A stretch of 63,482 bases of DNA, the filler included, from Octopus bimaculoides (Eukaryota), in the NCBI RefSeq assembly GCF_001194135.2. It is 7 parts of 5 records of this genome, joined end to end, with 100 filler letters (N's around TTAATTAATTAA, not from the genome) between each part and the next. Parts side by side here need not be neighbours in the genome. Positions count along the whole stretch, not along the records: positions 25,679 to 31,750 come from NC_068998.1; positions 31,851 to 44,564 come from NC_068981.1; 5 more parts are not named here. One strand, written 5' to 3'. The translations under genes were made by a program, and so were the position numbers. Below, piece by piece: positions 27,254 to 40,479 of this stretch. Each line of letters opens with the position of its first letter. Positions within the stretch are counted from its first letter, which is position 1. The notes beneath the pieces were generated by a model. That model was given only the letters and a program-made list of their open reading frames with translations. It ran no database searches and was not told the DNA's origin.

Positions 27254-27745
27254 GTATGTGTGTGTTGATATATACATACATCGACATATGAGCCTTCGCA
27301 CGCCGCATATATATAATTAGGTAGCAAAAAAAAAGACTTGCTTAAGGTGGCATTCAGGTGTTAATGGCATAACATAAACTCTAAGCAATTCCGTTCCTTT
27401 TTTATTGTTATGGAATCGGAGAATCCGTATCTATTTATGAATCCCTGAATAATGGATATTTTCTCTCGGTTAATGCAGGATATTCTTTTATATAATCAGC
27501 TGTCAACTAACTAACTAAGTAATTAATCAACTAACTGACTTACAAACATTAGTTGATTAACCAATTAACTAATTTTTTAATAATGTAATATATTCACTCA
27601 CACGATATTCATAAATTCAGAAATGCGAAAATATTCACGGGAGATAACCCCTGAAATATTTTTATAGAGTAATCTCCCTTGGAAATTTTTGTAGATTTTT
27701 ACGTACTGTTTAATTATTAGCTGTAAGCCATATTGGTATAATCTT

Positions 27746-28048
27746 TACTCTTTTACTCTTTTACTTGTTTAAGTCATTTCACTGTGGCCATGCTGGGGCA
27801 CCGCCTTTTTAGTCAAACTAATCGACCCCAGGACTTATTCTTTGTAAGCCTAGTACTTATTTTATCGGCCATTATTGCTGAGCCGCAAAGTTACGGGTAC
27901 GTAAGCACACCAGCATCGGTTGTCAAGGTCGACTTTGCCTTTCATCCTTTCGTAATCAATAAATTAAGTACCAGTGAGACACTGAGGTTGCTTTAATCGA
28001 CTAGTCCCCTCCCCACAAATTTCAGGCCTTGTACCATTAGTAGAAAGA

Positions 28049-28087
<39 letters not shown>

Positions 28088-28235
28088 GTGCTTATTCCGC
28101 CGAGGTCAGCTTTGCTTTTTATCCTTCCTTGGTCGCTTAAATAAGTACCAGTTACGCACTAGGGTCGGTAAAATAACGTACCAGTTAATCAGTGGGCTTG
28201 ACCAAATCAACAAACCCCTCCTAACAAAATTTCGG
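27746..28235. mobile_element. SINE cluster: family D/C body (-) fused to two partial family A copies (+)
   Basis: tttactcttttacttgtt...ggttgtcaag is followed directly by gtcgactttgcctttcatcc...agtagaaagaa(tta)n, then a second ccgccgaggtc... fragment. Confidence 0.75.
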
Positions 28236-28312
28236 ACCTAGTATTGATGGCGGAAAGATTATTATCATTAAGACGGTGGACTAGCAGGATCATGAGCGTT
28301 ATAATAATAATG

Positions 28313-28352
<40 letters not shown>

Positions 28353-28736
28353 TGATGATGATGATGATGATAATTAAACGTCCTGATAGAATGCTTAGTG
28401 GTATTACTTCCGGGTCTTTACATTCTGGGTTCAAATGCTGGCGATGCTGACAATACTTTTCATCCTTTCTGTGCCGATAAAATACAGTATCGGTCTAGTA
28501 CCAGTACTAGACCGATACTGTATTTTATCGGCATCGACTATACCCCTCCCCTCAAAATTACAGGCTCTGTCCTCAAATTAGAAGCAATTATCATTCAGGC
28601 AGCGAGCTAAAAGAATAGTAATTTTTTCTGCGCCCAAAAATCTCACTCGCGTCAAATTTGCCGTTGATCCTCGAATACTGGAGTCGATAGTACGGACAAG
28701 GCCCTTCCCCTCAAAACAGCTGCACACACACACACA

Positions 28737-28777
<41 letters not shown>

Positions 28778-28890
28778 ACACACACACGCACACACACGCA
28801 CACACACACACATACACACACCCACACACGCACACACACGCACACACACACACACGTATACACACGCGCGCGCGCGCGCACACACACACA

Positions 28891-28950
<60 letters not shown>

Positions 28951-30082
28951 CCCACACACACACACAGATACACAAACAACATACACACATACATTGTCTA
29001 TTAATCCCAAGATGTTATATTTAACTTGTTTATTCGCAGAATTGCCTCTATACGTATATGTTCGTTTGCATATATATTTATATCTTTTTTAATCCTATTG
29101 ATGGTATTTAATAGTAATTTTCTAATTACACGTATTTCTTATGTCTCTGTTCCTGTGTTAAATATAAACTTCTTCTATCAGCTTTTGGGAATATTCATAA
29201 ATCTGTTTGCTGTAATCCTTTCATTTGAGTACTTGTATCTGTGATCATTTTTATAGTCCTACTGTAGGTATTTTGTAGTTATTTTCTAATTACAGATGAT
29301 TCCTGTTTCCCTGAATTTCAGTTATATATAATGTTTCTCTGCCAGCTTTTGGAAGTATATAATGATTCCGCGTTTGCTGTAACTCTATTATTTATGTATC
29401 TTTATAACTCATTATATTAGTATTATTCTATTTATTATTCCTTCTATTCGACTTTGTCAATATCAATTCCATTATTTCATCCGTCTACCGTCTGTAACCG
29501 TGTTTTGATTGGTTTATCATCCGCAGCACAGAATATGAGGTCACCCATATACAAAAGATAGTTGATTGTCCTCTGAGACCATTTATACCTGAATCAGGCA
29601 CGTTATTTAAGGTGTTAATGCTAGACAGAGAAGAAAAGAACAGCAACAACAACAACAACAAATAGAGAAAGAGGTTCCTTGGAATATTCCGTTTCTAATA
29701 AAGATTATATTCGTTTTCATAATTTCCTACTTCGTTTATATCTGCAGAATTATTAATCGTTTGCTCGCGAAATGTTTGATGTACGCGTTTATTATTGGCG
29801 CTATATTACACTTGGCTAATATTTCTAGGATGAAGGGATGGGAAACACTGTCAAAAGACATCTGGTTGTCAATCCATGCCATCCGCAGACACTTATTATT
29901 ATTGAGAGGCAGCGAATTGGACAGACACCAAAGATAATATTTATGGGTTTTATGGAATCAGGGGACGAGAAATATGAAGCAGATATCAAATGAAGGGCTG
30001 CGATCGCTAGAAAGTCATTAAAAAATGACACTAAACACACTGACATAAGTAAATATTAATATCGAAACCGGAGAACTGCATT

Positions 30083-30487
30083 AAACCTTTTAATACAAAT
30101 ACACCTGAAACCAGCCCTGGGCCTATTAGACAAATTCATAGATTTAAAGTGGTCTAAAATTAAACCATCCATCAAATTTCATGGTAATTAATGTTCTAAC
30201 TACTAATTACAGTATTTTGATTAAATACTTCATTATTTTCAAAATTAATTGGAACAAATTCTGCGTATTTTAACAGAAATATAATAAGTAAAGGATGAAA
30301 GTGATGAAAAATTAAAATTAGAGAAACAAAAATTTCTATAAAAATTTCGTTCGTGTTAAATTTTGCTCTGAAAACCAGTTAAATTATATCAAAGTTATTT
30401 TGCTAAAGCTTTAAATAATTTTCAAAATTAATTGAAATAATAACCGTATACTTCAACAGAAATTCTGGTAAAAAAAAAAAGGCTTAA
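30083..30487. mobile_element. Two decayed copies of an AT-rich MITE-like repeat
   Basis: The segment aaatttc...ttattttcaaaattaatt(g/t)gaa...aacagaaat occurs twice (~30175-30295 and ~30340-30470). Ends ttaaacctttt / aaaaggcttaa resemble TTAA-CCCTTT termini. Confidence 0.4.
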
Positions 30488-30509
30488 ACATTATTTACAT
30501 TATTTACAT

Positions 30510-30637
30510 TTGACGGATATTTGTCCTTATCTTGTTTGTTGTTAACACAACATTTCGGCTGATATACCCTCCAGCCTTCATCAGGTGTCTTGGGGAAAAT
30601 TTCGAACCTGGTTTCTCATTCCTAAGGTATTTTTCGA

Positions 30638-30640
<3 letters not shown>
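30510..30640 (-). mobile_element. Penelope-like repeat fragment carrying a minimal hammerhead core
   Basis: The minus strand contains CTGATGA...CCGAAA in a short repeat ending at a (TAA)n tract. This arrangement is typical of Penelope-like elements. Confidence 0.55.
30544..30589 (-). ncRNA. Minimal type I hammerhead ribozyme motif
   Basis: Minus strand: GACAC-CUGAUGA-A-GGCUG(gagggtatat)CAGCC-GAAA-UG-UU-GUGUU. The core is intact, stem II is a perfect 5 bp, and stem I is GACAC/GUGUU. Confidence 0.6.
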
Positions 30641-30703
<63 letters not shown>

Positions 30704-31750
30704 NNNNNNNNNNNNNNNNNNNNNNNNNNNNNNNNNNNNNNNNNNNNNNNNNNNNNNNNNNNNNNNNNNNNNNNNNNNNNNNNNNNNNNNNNNNNNNNNN
30801 NNNNNNNNNNNNNNNNNNNNNNNNNNNNNNNNNNNNNNNNNNNNNNNNNNNNNNNNNNNNNNNNNNNNNNNNNNNNNNNNNNNNNNNNNNNNNNNNNNNN
30901 NNNNNNNNNNNNNNNNNNNNNNNNNNNNNNNNNNNNNNNNNNNNNNNNNNNNNNNNNNNNNNNNNNNNNNNNNNNNNNNNNNNNNNNNNNNNNNNNNNNN
31001 NNNNNNNNNNNNNNNNNNNNNNNNNNNNNNNNNNNNNNNNNNNNNNNNNNNNNNNNNNNNNNNNNNNNNNNNNNNNNNNNNNNNNNNNNNNNNNNNNNNN
31101 NNNNNNNNNNNNNNNTATATATATAAATATATATATATACACATATACATACATACATGCACACATATACATGCATGCATACATACATACATGCATACAT
31201 ACATGTGCGTGTGTATATATATGCATGTATGTTTGTATGTATGTATGTATGTATGTATGTATGTGTGTATGTATGTATGTATGTGTACACACAAACATTC
31301 AGCCGGATATCTATTGGTTGTGTAATCTCTGTAAGTGAAAGAGATCTTATTGGAAATTTCTATTTTTAATTAAAAAGAATAGAATAAGCCACATTAGTTT
31401 TTCCTATAATTTAATTTAATTTCATTTATGATATAAACTCGTAATACTTCTAGACAGACAAACTTTTTTATATTCTTGCGCATGTATGCGTGTCTCTATA
31501 TCTGTGCGAGCGTGTATGTACGTCTGCGAGTGTCAATGTATATTATGATATACATATGTATGTGTGTGTACACATACACACACACTTGTGTCAAACTTTG
31601 GTATTGATGGATACACAAACAACAGAACGTGGTGCCATTACATAGTATTAGGTTGTCAAGAAAATTCTTGCGGTTTTTAACCTTTAAATTCAGATGCACA
31701 CAGCTCGGCTCAAACAAAACTTTATTAATCGAAATAAACACCATCAGAAT

Positions 31751-31850
31751 NNNNNNNNNNNNNNNNNNNNNNNNNNNNNNNNNNNNNNNNNNNNTTAATT
31801 AATTAANNNNNNNNNNNNNNNNNNNNNNNNNNNNNNNNNNNNNNNNNNNN
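31751..31850. other. Artificial contig join (44 N + TTAATTAATTAA + 44 N)
   Basis: Same 100-bp structure. Confidence 0.95.
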
Positions 31851-31884
31851 ATGACAAAAATAGACTTCTGAACTTTTTTTTTTA

Positions 31885-31921
<37 letters not shown>

Positions 31922-32165
31922 GTACTTTTTTTTTGTTATACTTTAGTTACAGACCACCACCTATACTTTCTCACCCAAATTTTAGGATATGAGGGTTTTA
32001 AATTTCTTCTATCTCTTAATAAATCAATTTCTTAGCACAAAGATTAGCTTGTTAGTGTAGGAGGCGAATAGGTTTGGTTTGCTGGGTTATTAGGAGACAT
32101 GGAGCTCACCACTCCGAAAATAAATAAATAAATAAGTATATAAAAGAAACATGGCTATAGATGTA

Positions 32166-32330
32166 GGTGTGGCTGTGTGGTTAAGAAGTTTGCTTCACAA
32201 TCTCAACCACATCGATTTTGGGTTCAGTCCCAATGTATGGTAACTTGGGCAAGTGTCCTCTGCAGGAGCCCTGGACTTACTCAAGCCTTGTGAGATAGAT
32301 AGATTTGGTTCATGGAACTGAAAGAAACTA
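32166..32330 (+). mobile_element. SINE family D/C, tRNA-like 5' head (diverged)
   Basis: ggtgtggctgtgtggttaagaagtttgcttc...gggttcagtccc...ttgggcaagtgtc...gccttgtgag...ggaactgaaagaa; homologous to 43519-43680. Confidence 0.75.
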
Positions 32331-32638
32331 GATGTATCTATCTATCTATCTATATATATATATATATATATACTCATTTCAGCCATGTGGACTTTTTCAT
32401 GCTGGAGCACTACCATATCTCTCTCTCTCTATCTATTTATCTATCTATCTATCGATCTATCTATATGTACATATATATACACACATATATATATGTATAT
32501 ATACATGCACACACTATATTTTCAATTGGTCAATTCAGTAAACTGAACTGTGAATGCACCTATAATGCATATCAGAAACTATTGCAAGTCTATAATGCAC
32601 AAATAAATGTATAAAGCTCATTATTTATCCCTTTTTGT

Positions 32639-32671
<33 letters not shown>

Positions 32672-32684
32672 CACATGTGTATCG

Positions 32685-32860
32685 TTGACGATTTTCTTTC
32701 TCCGTCTTCCCTTCTTTGGACTTTTTCTATATTTCTGATGAAGAGCTCCACTCGAAACATGAAATCCTCTTTCTTTCCTTTCCTTTCCTTTCCTTTCCTG
32801 AGCGTCCAATAACACTGTACTTATTCCATATCCTCGCATTGTTGTTTTTCTCTTGCTTGT
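32685..32860 (+). mobile_element. Second Penelope-type repeat fragment with decayed hammerhead core (32735-32765)
   Basis: ATTT-CTGATGA-A-GAG(ctcca)CTC-GAAA-CA-TG-AAAT. The core and stems are recognisable but the cleavage triplet is mutated. Confidence 0.45.
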
Positions 32861-33059
32861 TCATATTTGGTTTGACTATATATATATATATNNNNNNNNN
32901 NNNNNNNNNNNNNNNNNNNNNNNNNNNNNNNNNNNNNNNNNNNNNNNNNNNNNNNNNNNNNNNNNNNNNNNNNNNNNNNNNNNNNNNNNNNNNNNNNNNN
33001 NNNNNNNNNNNNNNNNNNNNNNNNNNNNNNNNNNNGGCAGAACCGTTAATGTACCAGGC

Positions 33060-33365
33060 AAGTCCTAAGTTCAAGTTCCACTGAGGTCAACATGACCTTT
33101 CATCCATTCAGAGTTGATAAAATAAGTACTAATCGATCAATGGGATCGCTGGAATTGACTTACCTCCTCCCCAAACTTGTGGCCTTGTGACAAAATTTGA
33201 AACTATTATTATTATTATTATTAGGAGTTCAAATATCACTGAGGTCAGCTCCACCTTTCATCTTTTCAGGGTTGCTGAATTAAGTACAAGTTAAGCAGTA
33301 GGGTCGTTGTAATTACGTAGCCCCACCAAAATTTCAGGCTTTGTGCCCTATAGCAGAAAGGTTTA
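33060..33365 (+). mobile_element. Two tandem decayed SINE family A 3' halves
   Basis: gagttcaa...ctgaggtca...ctttcat...aagta...ggccttgtg occurs twice, separated by (att)n. Confidence 0.65.
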
Positions 33366-33549
33366 TTATTCCTAGGCTCATCTTTCATGTCTCTGAAGAT
33401 GACCAGGTTATCAATTTTACACTTTGTGGGTCTCGAGGTGGCTTATTAGGCCAATTTTGTCATAAAACCCATGGCTATAATGGGGGCACATAATAGCAGA
33501 GACAGGATCTGGTGGGATTCTTGCTTTCTGTACAGCCCCCTACTCTCTT

Positions 33550-33858
33550 TAGCTTAGTGGTTAGGGTATTCGGCTCACAAACATAAGGTTGTGAGTTTGG
33601 TTCCAGGCAGTGTTTTGTGTCCTTGAGCAAAACACTTTATTTCACATTGCCCCAGTCCATTCAGCTGGCAAAAATGGGTAGTACCTATAATCGAAAGGTC
33701 CAGCCTTGTCACATTCTGCTTCACACTGAACATCCCTGAAAACTATGTTAAGGATATGTGTGTCATGGAGTGCTCATCCATTTGTATGCTAATTTCACAA
33801 GCAGGCTGTTCCATTGATTGGATCAACTGGAACCCTCATTGTTGTAATCGACAGAGTA
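33550..33858 (+). mobile_element. SINE family B variant (tRNA head, alternative central region)
   Basis: gcttagtggttagggtattcggctc...gtgtccttgagcaaaacacttt...ccagccttgtcaca...ggatcaactggaaccctc. Confidence 0.75.
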
Positions 33859-33924
33859 TCAGAAAAAAGCAAAGAAGAAAAAGCTTCTCTGGTCATATCA
33901 GACTCAGAGTGTTGAACTCTAGAG

Positions 33925-34007
33925 CAGTGCTACTCAAAGTGGTGGTCCGTAGACTTAGGCCAATCCATGAACCATCAGTGAGTTTCCAGAAAAGAAAGAA
34001 ACATTAT

Positions 34008-34051
<44 letters not shown>

Positions 34052-34518
34052 GTTTAACGTCTGCTTTCCATGGGTTGGACGATTTGACTGAGGACTGGTG
34101 AACCAGATGGCTATGCCAGGCTCCAATCTGATTTGGCATAGTTTCTACAGCTGGATGCCCTTCCTAATGCCAACCACTCCGAGAGTGTAGTTGGTGCTTT
34201 TACGTGCCACCGGCACGAGGGCCAGTCAGGCGGTACTGGCAACGGCCATGCTCAAAATGGTGTATTTTATGTGCCACTTGCACAGGAGCCAGTCCAGTGG
34301 CACTGGCAACGACCTTGCTCAAATGTCTTTTCACGTGCCAGGAAGGTGATGCTGTAATATTGTATTATTTGTATACAAAAAAAATTATCAACTTTTATTA
34401 TATTCATTATATATATTGTTTCTGGTATAAATTAATATTGCTAAGAAATATTACCAGTAATTGGCACGTTGGAAAAAAAACTGCCAGTGTACCACATCAG
34501 ATAGTTTGAGAAGCACTG
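33925..34518. mobile_element. hAT (Charlie-type) MITE with a nested family E insertion
   Basis: TIRs CAGTGCTACTCAAA (33925) and TTTGAGAAGCACTG (to 34518). Perfect 8-bp TSD CTCTAGAG at 33917-33924 and 34519-34526, matching the NTCTAGAN target typical of Charlie elements. Confidence 0.85.
34010..34345 (-). mobile_element. Retroposon family E (SINE/LINE-tail with (GAT)n tail)
   Basis: (cat)n cgtttaacgtctgctttccatg...ctggatgcccttcctaatgccaaccactc...tcaaaatggtgtatttt; homologous to 56258-56560 and 43200-43380. Confidence 0.85.
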
Positions 34519-34793
34519 CTCTAGAGTATACAACGTGAGATCACAGTGAGTGTTTCTGAGCAAGATGCTGCCAAGTAGACTGCTCCAAGCTATATCTTTA
34601 CAAGCATGTCTTAAGTGCGTCATTGTCTCCTTTCTTTAGTGTATCACATGATGGAAAGCCAATTGCTAGTTCACCAAAGAAGATCTGTTTGGTGGGGTCT
34701 GGAGTCAAGCATGCAGGTTACATGTTTGGTATGCGATTTGATCAAACTTTTGGGAGTGGATTCAGTAGACGGAAGCTGAAAGAAGCCCATCAT

Positions 34794-34825
<32 letters not shown>

Positions 34826-35695
34826 AGTGTCTCCTTACTTTGACATCGTCTGATAGTTGTAAATGAGTATCACTGTCATACAGACAGCGTTCTTCATTTC
34901 CAATCTTCTGTGAAAACTTATCTGGTCATGGAAAAATATTACCTTATATGGAAACAGGTGAGAGATAGCCACAGGATGGGTATCCAGCAATAAAAAATTT
35001 GCCTCAGCAAATTCCATCTGACCTATGCAAGCTTGGAAAAGTGGATATTAAAATGGTGATGATGATGATGATGATTTTTCATGAAATATTCTGCCTGTGT
35101 TTTACGATTAATTTTGGAACATGTCAAGAATTTGAAAGAATTAAGCCAAATAAATTTGGAAGAATTTAGAAAAATAAATTTGGAAGGATTTAGTCAAATT
35201 TTTCTTTGCTAAGCTGATGTTTTGAACAGATGTTAACAAAATGTTCTTATATAAAACATATAGACATTAAATCCAAGAGATTTGAATCATAAAACCAGAA
35301 GTAGCCTAGAGCATGCTGATGTCAAAAGAGTTTTAAAATAGGTTGTGTTGAACTATTAAGTTTATTTATAATTTAAGAAGCTGTTATTTAATTTGTCAGT
35401 TGTTGAAATGTATGCTGTTTGCTTCACAAATTAGCAAAATGCAGCTACCTTTTTAAAAATTTAATAAAACCTACACATTCCTGACAGGAAAATATAGAAA
35501 TTTGAAGAAACTATATTCATCAGGGACAATTGAATATGTATATTAGATTAAGACTCTCAATATTTTGAGTTTGAAGTTATTTTGGTGCTGACAGAAGATA
35601 CACTTCAAGAACTCAAAAACTCAAAAACTCGCCGAGTGGAAGTAGTTTTCTGTTTTCTTTAATATTTGATACACTGAATTGCAAAATGATTGGGA

Positions 35696-35734
<39 letters not shown>

Positions 35735-36475
35735 AAGGATAAGATTTTTATAAGAATTTATCAAGTAGTCAGCGTGAAAAAACTTCATAAGGAAAAAAAA
35801 CCCATCATTTTTTTCCATAAATATATATAATTTAATTTATATAAGGGCATTACTATACAATAATGCCTCACGCTTAGAGAGACTCCATAAGTCAAAACTA
35901 CCAAAATAAGCACATTTTTACTGATCGCGAGGGAATGCAACTTTCAAAGTTATATAAATTAAATTATATATATATACATGCATAAGAGGGCCCAGAGGGT
36001 GCAAATGCATCCCCTAAAATTTTGTTGGGGTGCAAAATTCAATATTGCACCCCCTACTTACCTTTCTCAGGCTTAGAAAATAGTGTTTAAAAATTGATCT
36101 GCAATGAAGTTAGTTGAAGTTAGGTTTCTCTCCCAAAATAAGAACAAAGAACTAAAATAAATAAAAAGAAATTCCTCCCAAATCCCTCGAAAGATATATT
36201 ACTAAACTAAAGCATCCTCAACATTAAAATTAAAATTTTATATATATATATATTCTATTAAAAAGCAGCAAAAATATCACAAAATCTGTTACTTAGAGTT
36301 TCACATTCCCGTTTGTCAGACAATTTTGTTTAGAATGGAGTAAGATAAAGTTATATGCAGAAATACAATTGCTTTGATAGATACACATTTGAAAATCGTT
36401 TTGTTTCATTGGTTCTTTCAAATGATTTTAAACCGCAATTGTTATTTCATGCAACTAGTAATTGTAAAGAAAGTG

Positions 36476-36699
36476 AAGGCACATGGCTTAGTGGTTAGGG
36501 CATTCGGCTCATGATCGTAAGGTCATGAGTTCGATTCCTGGCGATGCGTTGTGTCCTTGAGCAAGACACTTTATTTGTTGTTGCTCCAGTCCACTCAGCT
36601 GGCAAAAATGAGTAGTACCTGTATTTCAAAGGGCCAGCCTTGTCGCGCTATGTGTCACGCTGAATCTCCCTGAGAACTACGTTAGGGGTACACGTGTCT
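36476..36699 (+). mobile_element. SINE family B variant, truncated by gap
   Basis: A-box TGGCTTAGTGGTTAGG and B-box GAGTTCGATTCC; the 3' part is shared with 55180-55250. Confidence 0.85.
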
Positions 36700-37946
36700 N
36701 NNNNNNNNNNNNNNNNNNNNNNNNNNNNNNNNNNNNNNNNNNNNNNNNNNNNNNNNNNNNNNNNNNNNNNNNNNNNNNNNNNNNNNNNNNNNNNNNNNNN
36801 NNNNNNNNNNNNNNNNNNNNNNNNNNNNNNNNNNNNNNNNNNNNNNNNNNNNNNNNNNNNNNNNNNNNNNNNNNNNNNNNNNNNNNNNNNNNNNNNNNNN
36901 NNNNNNNNNNNNNNNNNNNNNNNNNNNNNNNNNNNNNNNNNNNNNNNNNNNNNNNNNNNNNNNNNNNNNNNNNNNNNNNNNNNNNNNNNNNNNNNNNNNN
37001 NNNNNNNNNNNNNNNNNNNNNNNNNNNNNNNNNNNNNNNNNNNNNNNNNNNNNNNNNNNNNNNNNNNNNNNNNNNNNNNNNNNNNNNNNNNNNNNNNNNN
37101 NNNNNNNNNNNNNNNNNNNNNNATATATATATATATATAACAACAGTATAACAACAACCATGCCCACTCTCTCAATACTAGCAGAATTGATGATCTATTA
37201 AACTTCACAATCAAAAGCTACCCACATCCTCATTTCCTTGGAATGCTACAAGTGACCCTTCATCATCATTGTCATCATGTTCTACTACTACTACTACCCT
37301 TACCACAAATAAACAATACCAACAACAAGATCAGTATTTGAAGTAACTCTTCAATACTAGAACAATTGATGACCTATTAAACAACAGTCTCTAGCTCTTC
37401 TCCACAGTCAAACCATTGAAATTCTTCTCAGAATAACACAAGAGATCCATCATTACCATCAACATCCTATTCTACTGTACTACCATTACCACTACTACCA
37501 CTCCAATTTGGGAAGAATCACTCCTTTCTTCCCCCACTGTCCACCTCAACCTGAATGTATACCTGATAACTCCATGATAAATCTGCCAACTGTAAATAAA
37601 AGAAAATTATGAACACACAAAACCCCCAAATATGCCACTATTCTCAATGCAAGAGACTATGCGTATGCAGTGACTGTAACTTCACCCATTTACCTGAGAC
37701 AAGACACACATTTCATATAAGCAATACTACCACACATCTTACAGTATCACCACCACCACCACCACCACCACCACCTCTAAATGCTAAATCACACTTAATA
37801 ACTTCTACACACGTAATCCAAATCCTAAAATCTTTTGCTATCCCCAACACAAAAGATTATGTCTCATCTTCCAGGAACTCCCTGCATTAGAAAAAGCATG
37901 ATACCAAACCACCACCAAATTCACAGTAGACACATCCCTTACAATA

Positions 37947-38072
37947 AGGCGGCGAGCTGGCAGAAATGTTAGCACACCGAGCGAAATGCTTAGCGGTATT
38001 TCATCTGCCGTTTGTCTGTCCTTGTTTGTCTCCTCTATATTTAGCCCCTTGAGGGCAATAAAGAAATAAGAA
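37947..38072 (+). mobile_element. SINE family A head joined to a different 3' end (…gcaataaagaaataagaa)
   Basis: aaggcggcgagctggcagaaatgttagcac...gcggtatttc is followed by tgtctgtccttgtttgtc...aataaagaaataagaa. It is flanked by similar acatcccttacaat sequences (37930-37944 and 38072-38086), a possible TSD. Confidence 0.65.
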
Positions 38073-38419
38073 ACATCCCTTACAATGGCAGTGTTGGTCC
38101 AGACTTTCATTGAAACCCAGAAGTCACCCAAGATATTTACTGGGTACAATAGTAAAATCAATAGTCGCAAACCATATAACTATGACCATATTCAACAGTG
38201 CAATCATACCAACTCTAGACAACAACCCCTTCCAAAACAAGAAAATTCTTTTTTAGCAATGATGAATCTGAATCTGATAAACAAAATTTTAAAATAACTT
38301 CTAGCTTTCACACAGCACCAACCACTGCTATTACCCCAATGCACAATCACACCATTGCTGTCATTAACCCACAATCTCAACTTAATAATAAAGTCGACTG
38401 TACAAAGTCCTTCACGCTT

Positions 38420-40330
38420 CACAAATCAAACAAAAGTATCGTATCTTAGAGACCTTGCACAGCGAGAGAGACCTCATACAGAGAGAAAAGACAATATAAG
38501 TAGCACTAAGTGAAACACACCTGATCCCAGGCATATTGGATGCAGAAGTACATACGAAAGCTTATGTATTACTCAGAACTGGCCACAGAATACAGAAACA
38601 AAGGGAAATAGTGATCTTCATCCAAGAAGACCTGGCAATAAATGTCCTCCTTTTGCATTCCAACACTGTACGATACACTAATAATGCATGTGATTGACCT
38701 CAATTTAATCATAGGTATTATCTACTGTCTTCCTGATGCAGCTAACTATGGAGATCACTTCAAAGATGTTTTGTCGCTTATAAGTCAACCCCCAAATGAG
38801 ACCAACCTACTGGTCAATGTAATTTTAGCAGTGGACTTCCTAGTCACAGCTGGCCTGAGGGCTGTATGCTACCTGAAACTAAAAAACTGAACAGGAGAGA
38901 TATGAATGCTCTTCTTGATACCACTAAAAACTTCCTCATGCAACAAATCGTTACCTGTCCAGCTAGGGGAAATAACATACTCTTTACCACCAATACAGAC
39001 TTCATTCACAATGTCCAGATCATGCCTACAGCTGTTTGCAGCCACAGCATTATACAATTGTCAAAGAGGGTAACACACACAAATAACATCAAACATGACT
39101 CACACTACATGAACCTGAATTTCAGGAAAGCCAAGGGGATGGAAATTGAAACAGGAATACTCAAAACAAACTGGTCTCTGCATATTGGGAACCTCAATGT
39201 TAACAATGGAATGAAGTTTCTGTACAAAGAGTTAATTAGGATCTGTTGAAAGCATGCCTCATATAAACATGCCTATTCCCACAAGCACTTGAGTCCATGA
39301 GACAGACGGATATTAATGTGTAACAGAATCAAACCAACAAAACAACTAAAAAACCAAACTCTCTCAATAGATAAGATTGAAAAAAAAAAAGAACATTGAA
39401 CTGGACTTAAAAACTATCTCATGAAAAATAAACTTTGCTAAGGGAACAACGAGCAGTGTAACATATAAAATCTATTTCTAAGTTAACTACTTTTCTAAAC
39501 AAAAATCAGCTACACATAACCAGATTGGTTCTCTAATGATTTGTCACAAATATGCACATTCTTGAGTTGACATTATGACAGTGCATTTTCCCAACCTATA
39601 GCTAACAAAATAATATATGAGCCAAATGAATTATTTGACCCCCAGAACTCACCTGTTGAAACACATCTAAAAATTAATGATACGATGGAAAATGATATAC
39701 TTACAGCTAATAACCTAGATTCAAACTTAGCGTCTGAACCATACTGCTAAAAACATGCAAAAACAGCCTCATGAAACCATTAAAGATACTATTTCAAAAG
39801 TCACTAGATACTGGCTAATTCCCAGAACTACTGAAAGACACAATAGTAACACCTATACACAAAGGAGGGTAGCAAGGCTGAAGCTAAAAGTTACAGTCTT
39901 GTTTCTCTCACATCTCAAACATATAAAATTATCCAAACTAATGAGTTACGCTGATGATGCAAAAATATCAATTGCTATCTAAACTCTAGAAGATACTATC
40001 ACGCTCCATTTATCAATGGGTGGATTAAAACAATATGAAATTTAATACATCAAAATTTCAGGTTCTTCATTACAGAGGGAATACACACAAATCACAATGT
40101 TTGACACCAAAATGATTCAGAGTGCTAATGACATACTGAACTTAGATGTAATCATGTCAAATGTTGATGGTGCATGTACCATGAGCAGAAACATTTCAGG
40201 CATACAAAAGAGATTAAAAGACCTTTCCTGGTACATGTTTTATACACTGTGGAAACCACTCTGTGGACTTTGTTCTTCAAGAAGTTGGATCTACCGTTGC
40301 CCTGGTCACTGATGCATTGAACTTTGTTCA
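38420..40330 (+). mobile_element. Decayed, internally deleted CR1-like LINE ORF2 (APE endonuclease + RT C-terminus)
   Basis: VALSETHLIPGILDAEVHTKAYVLLR...IVIFIQEDLA from 38500, IIGIIYCLPD, QQIVTCPARGNNIL, LNFRKA, then YADDAKI (~39948), NNMKFNTSKFQVLHY and LNLDVIMS. There are many stops and frameshifts, and most of the RT core is absent. Confidence 0.8.
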
Positions 40331-40479
40331 CCAATGCACTGTTCTTCTGAAAGCACTATTGACAAACATTTGTGATGAGAATGTCATCATGTGGCAAGCA
40401 TGAGTCTGTTGCATCAAGCATGAGAATGTTTAGCAAATCACTGCTTGAAGACCTGGCTCCATAGCACAATGATGCAACA

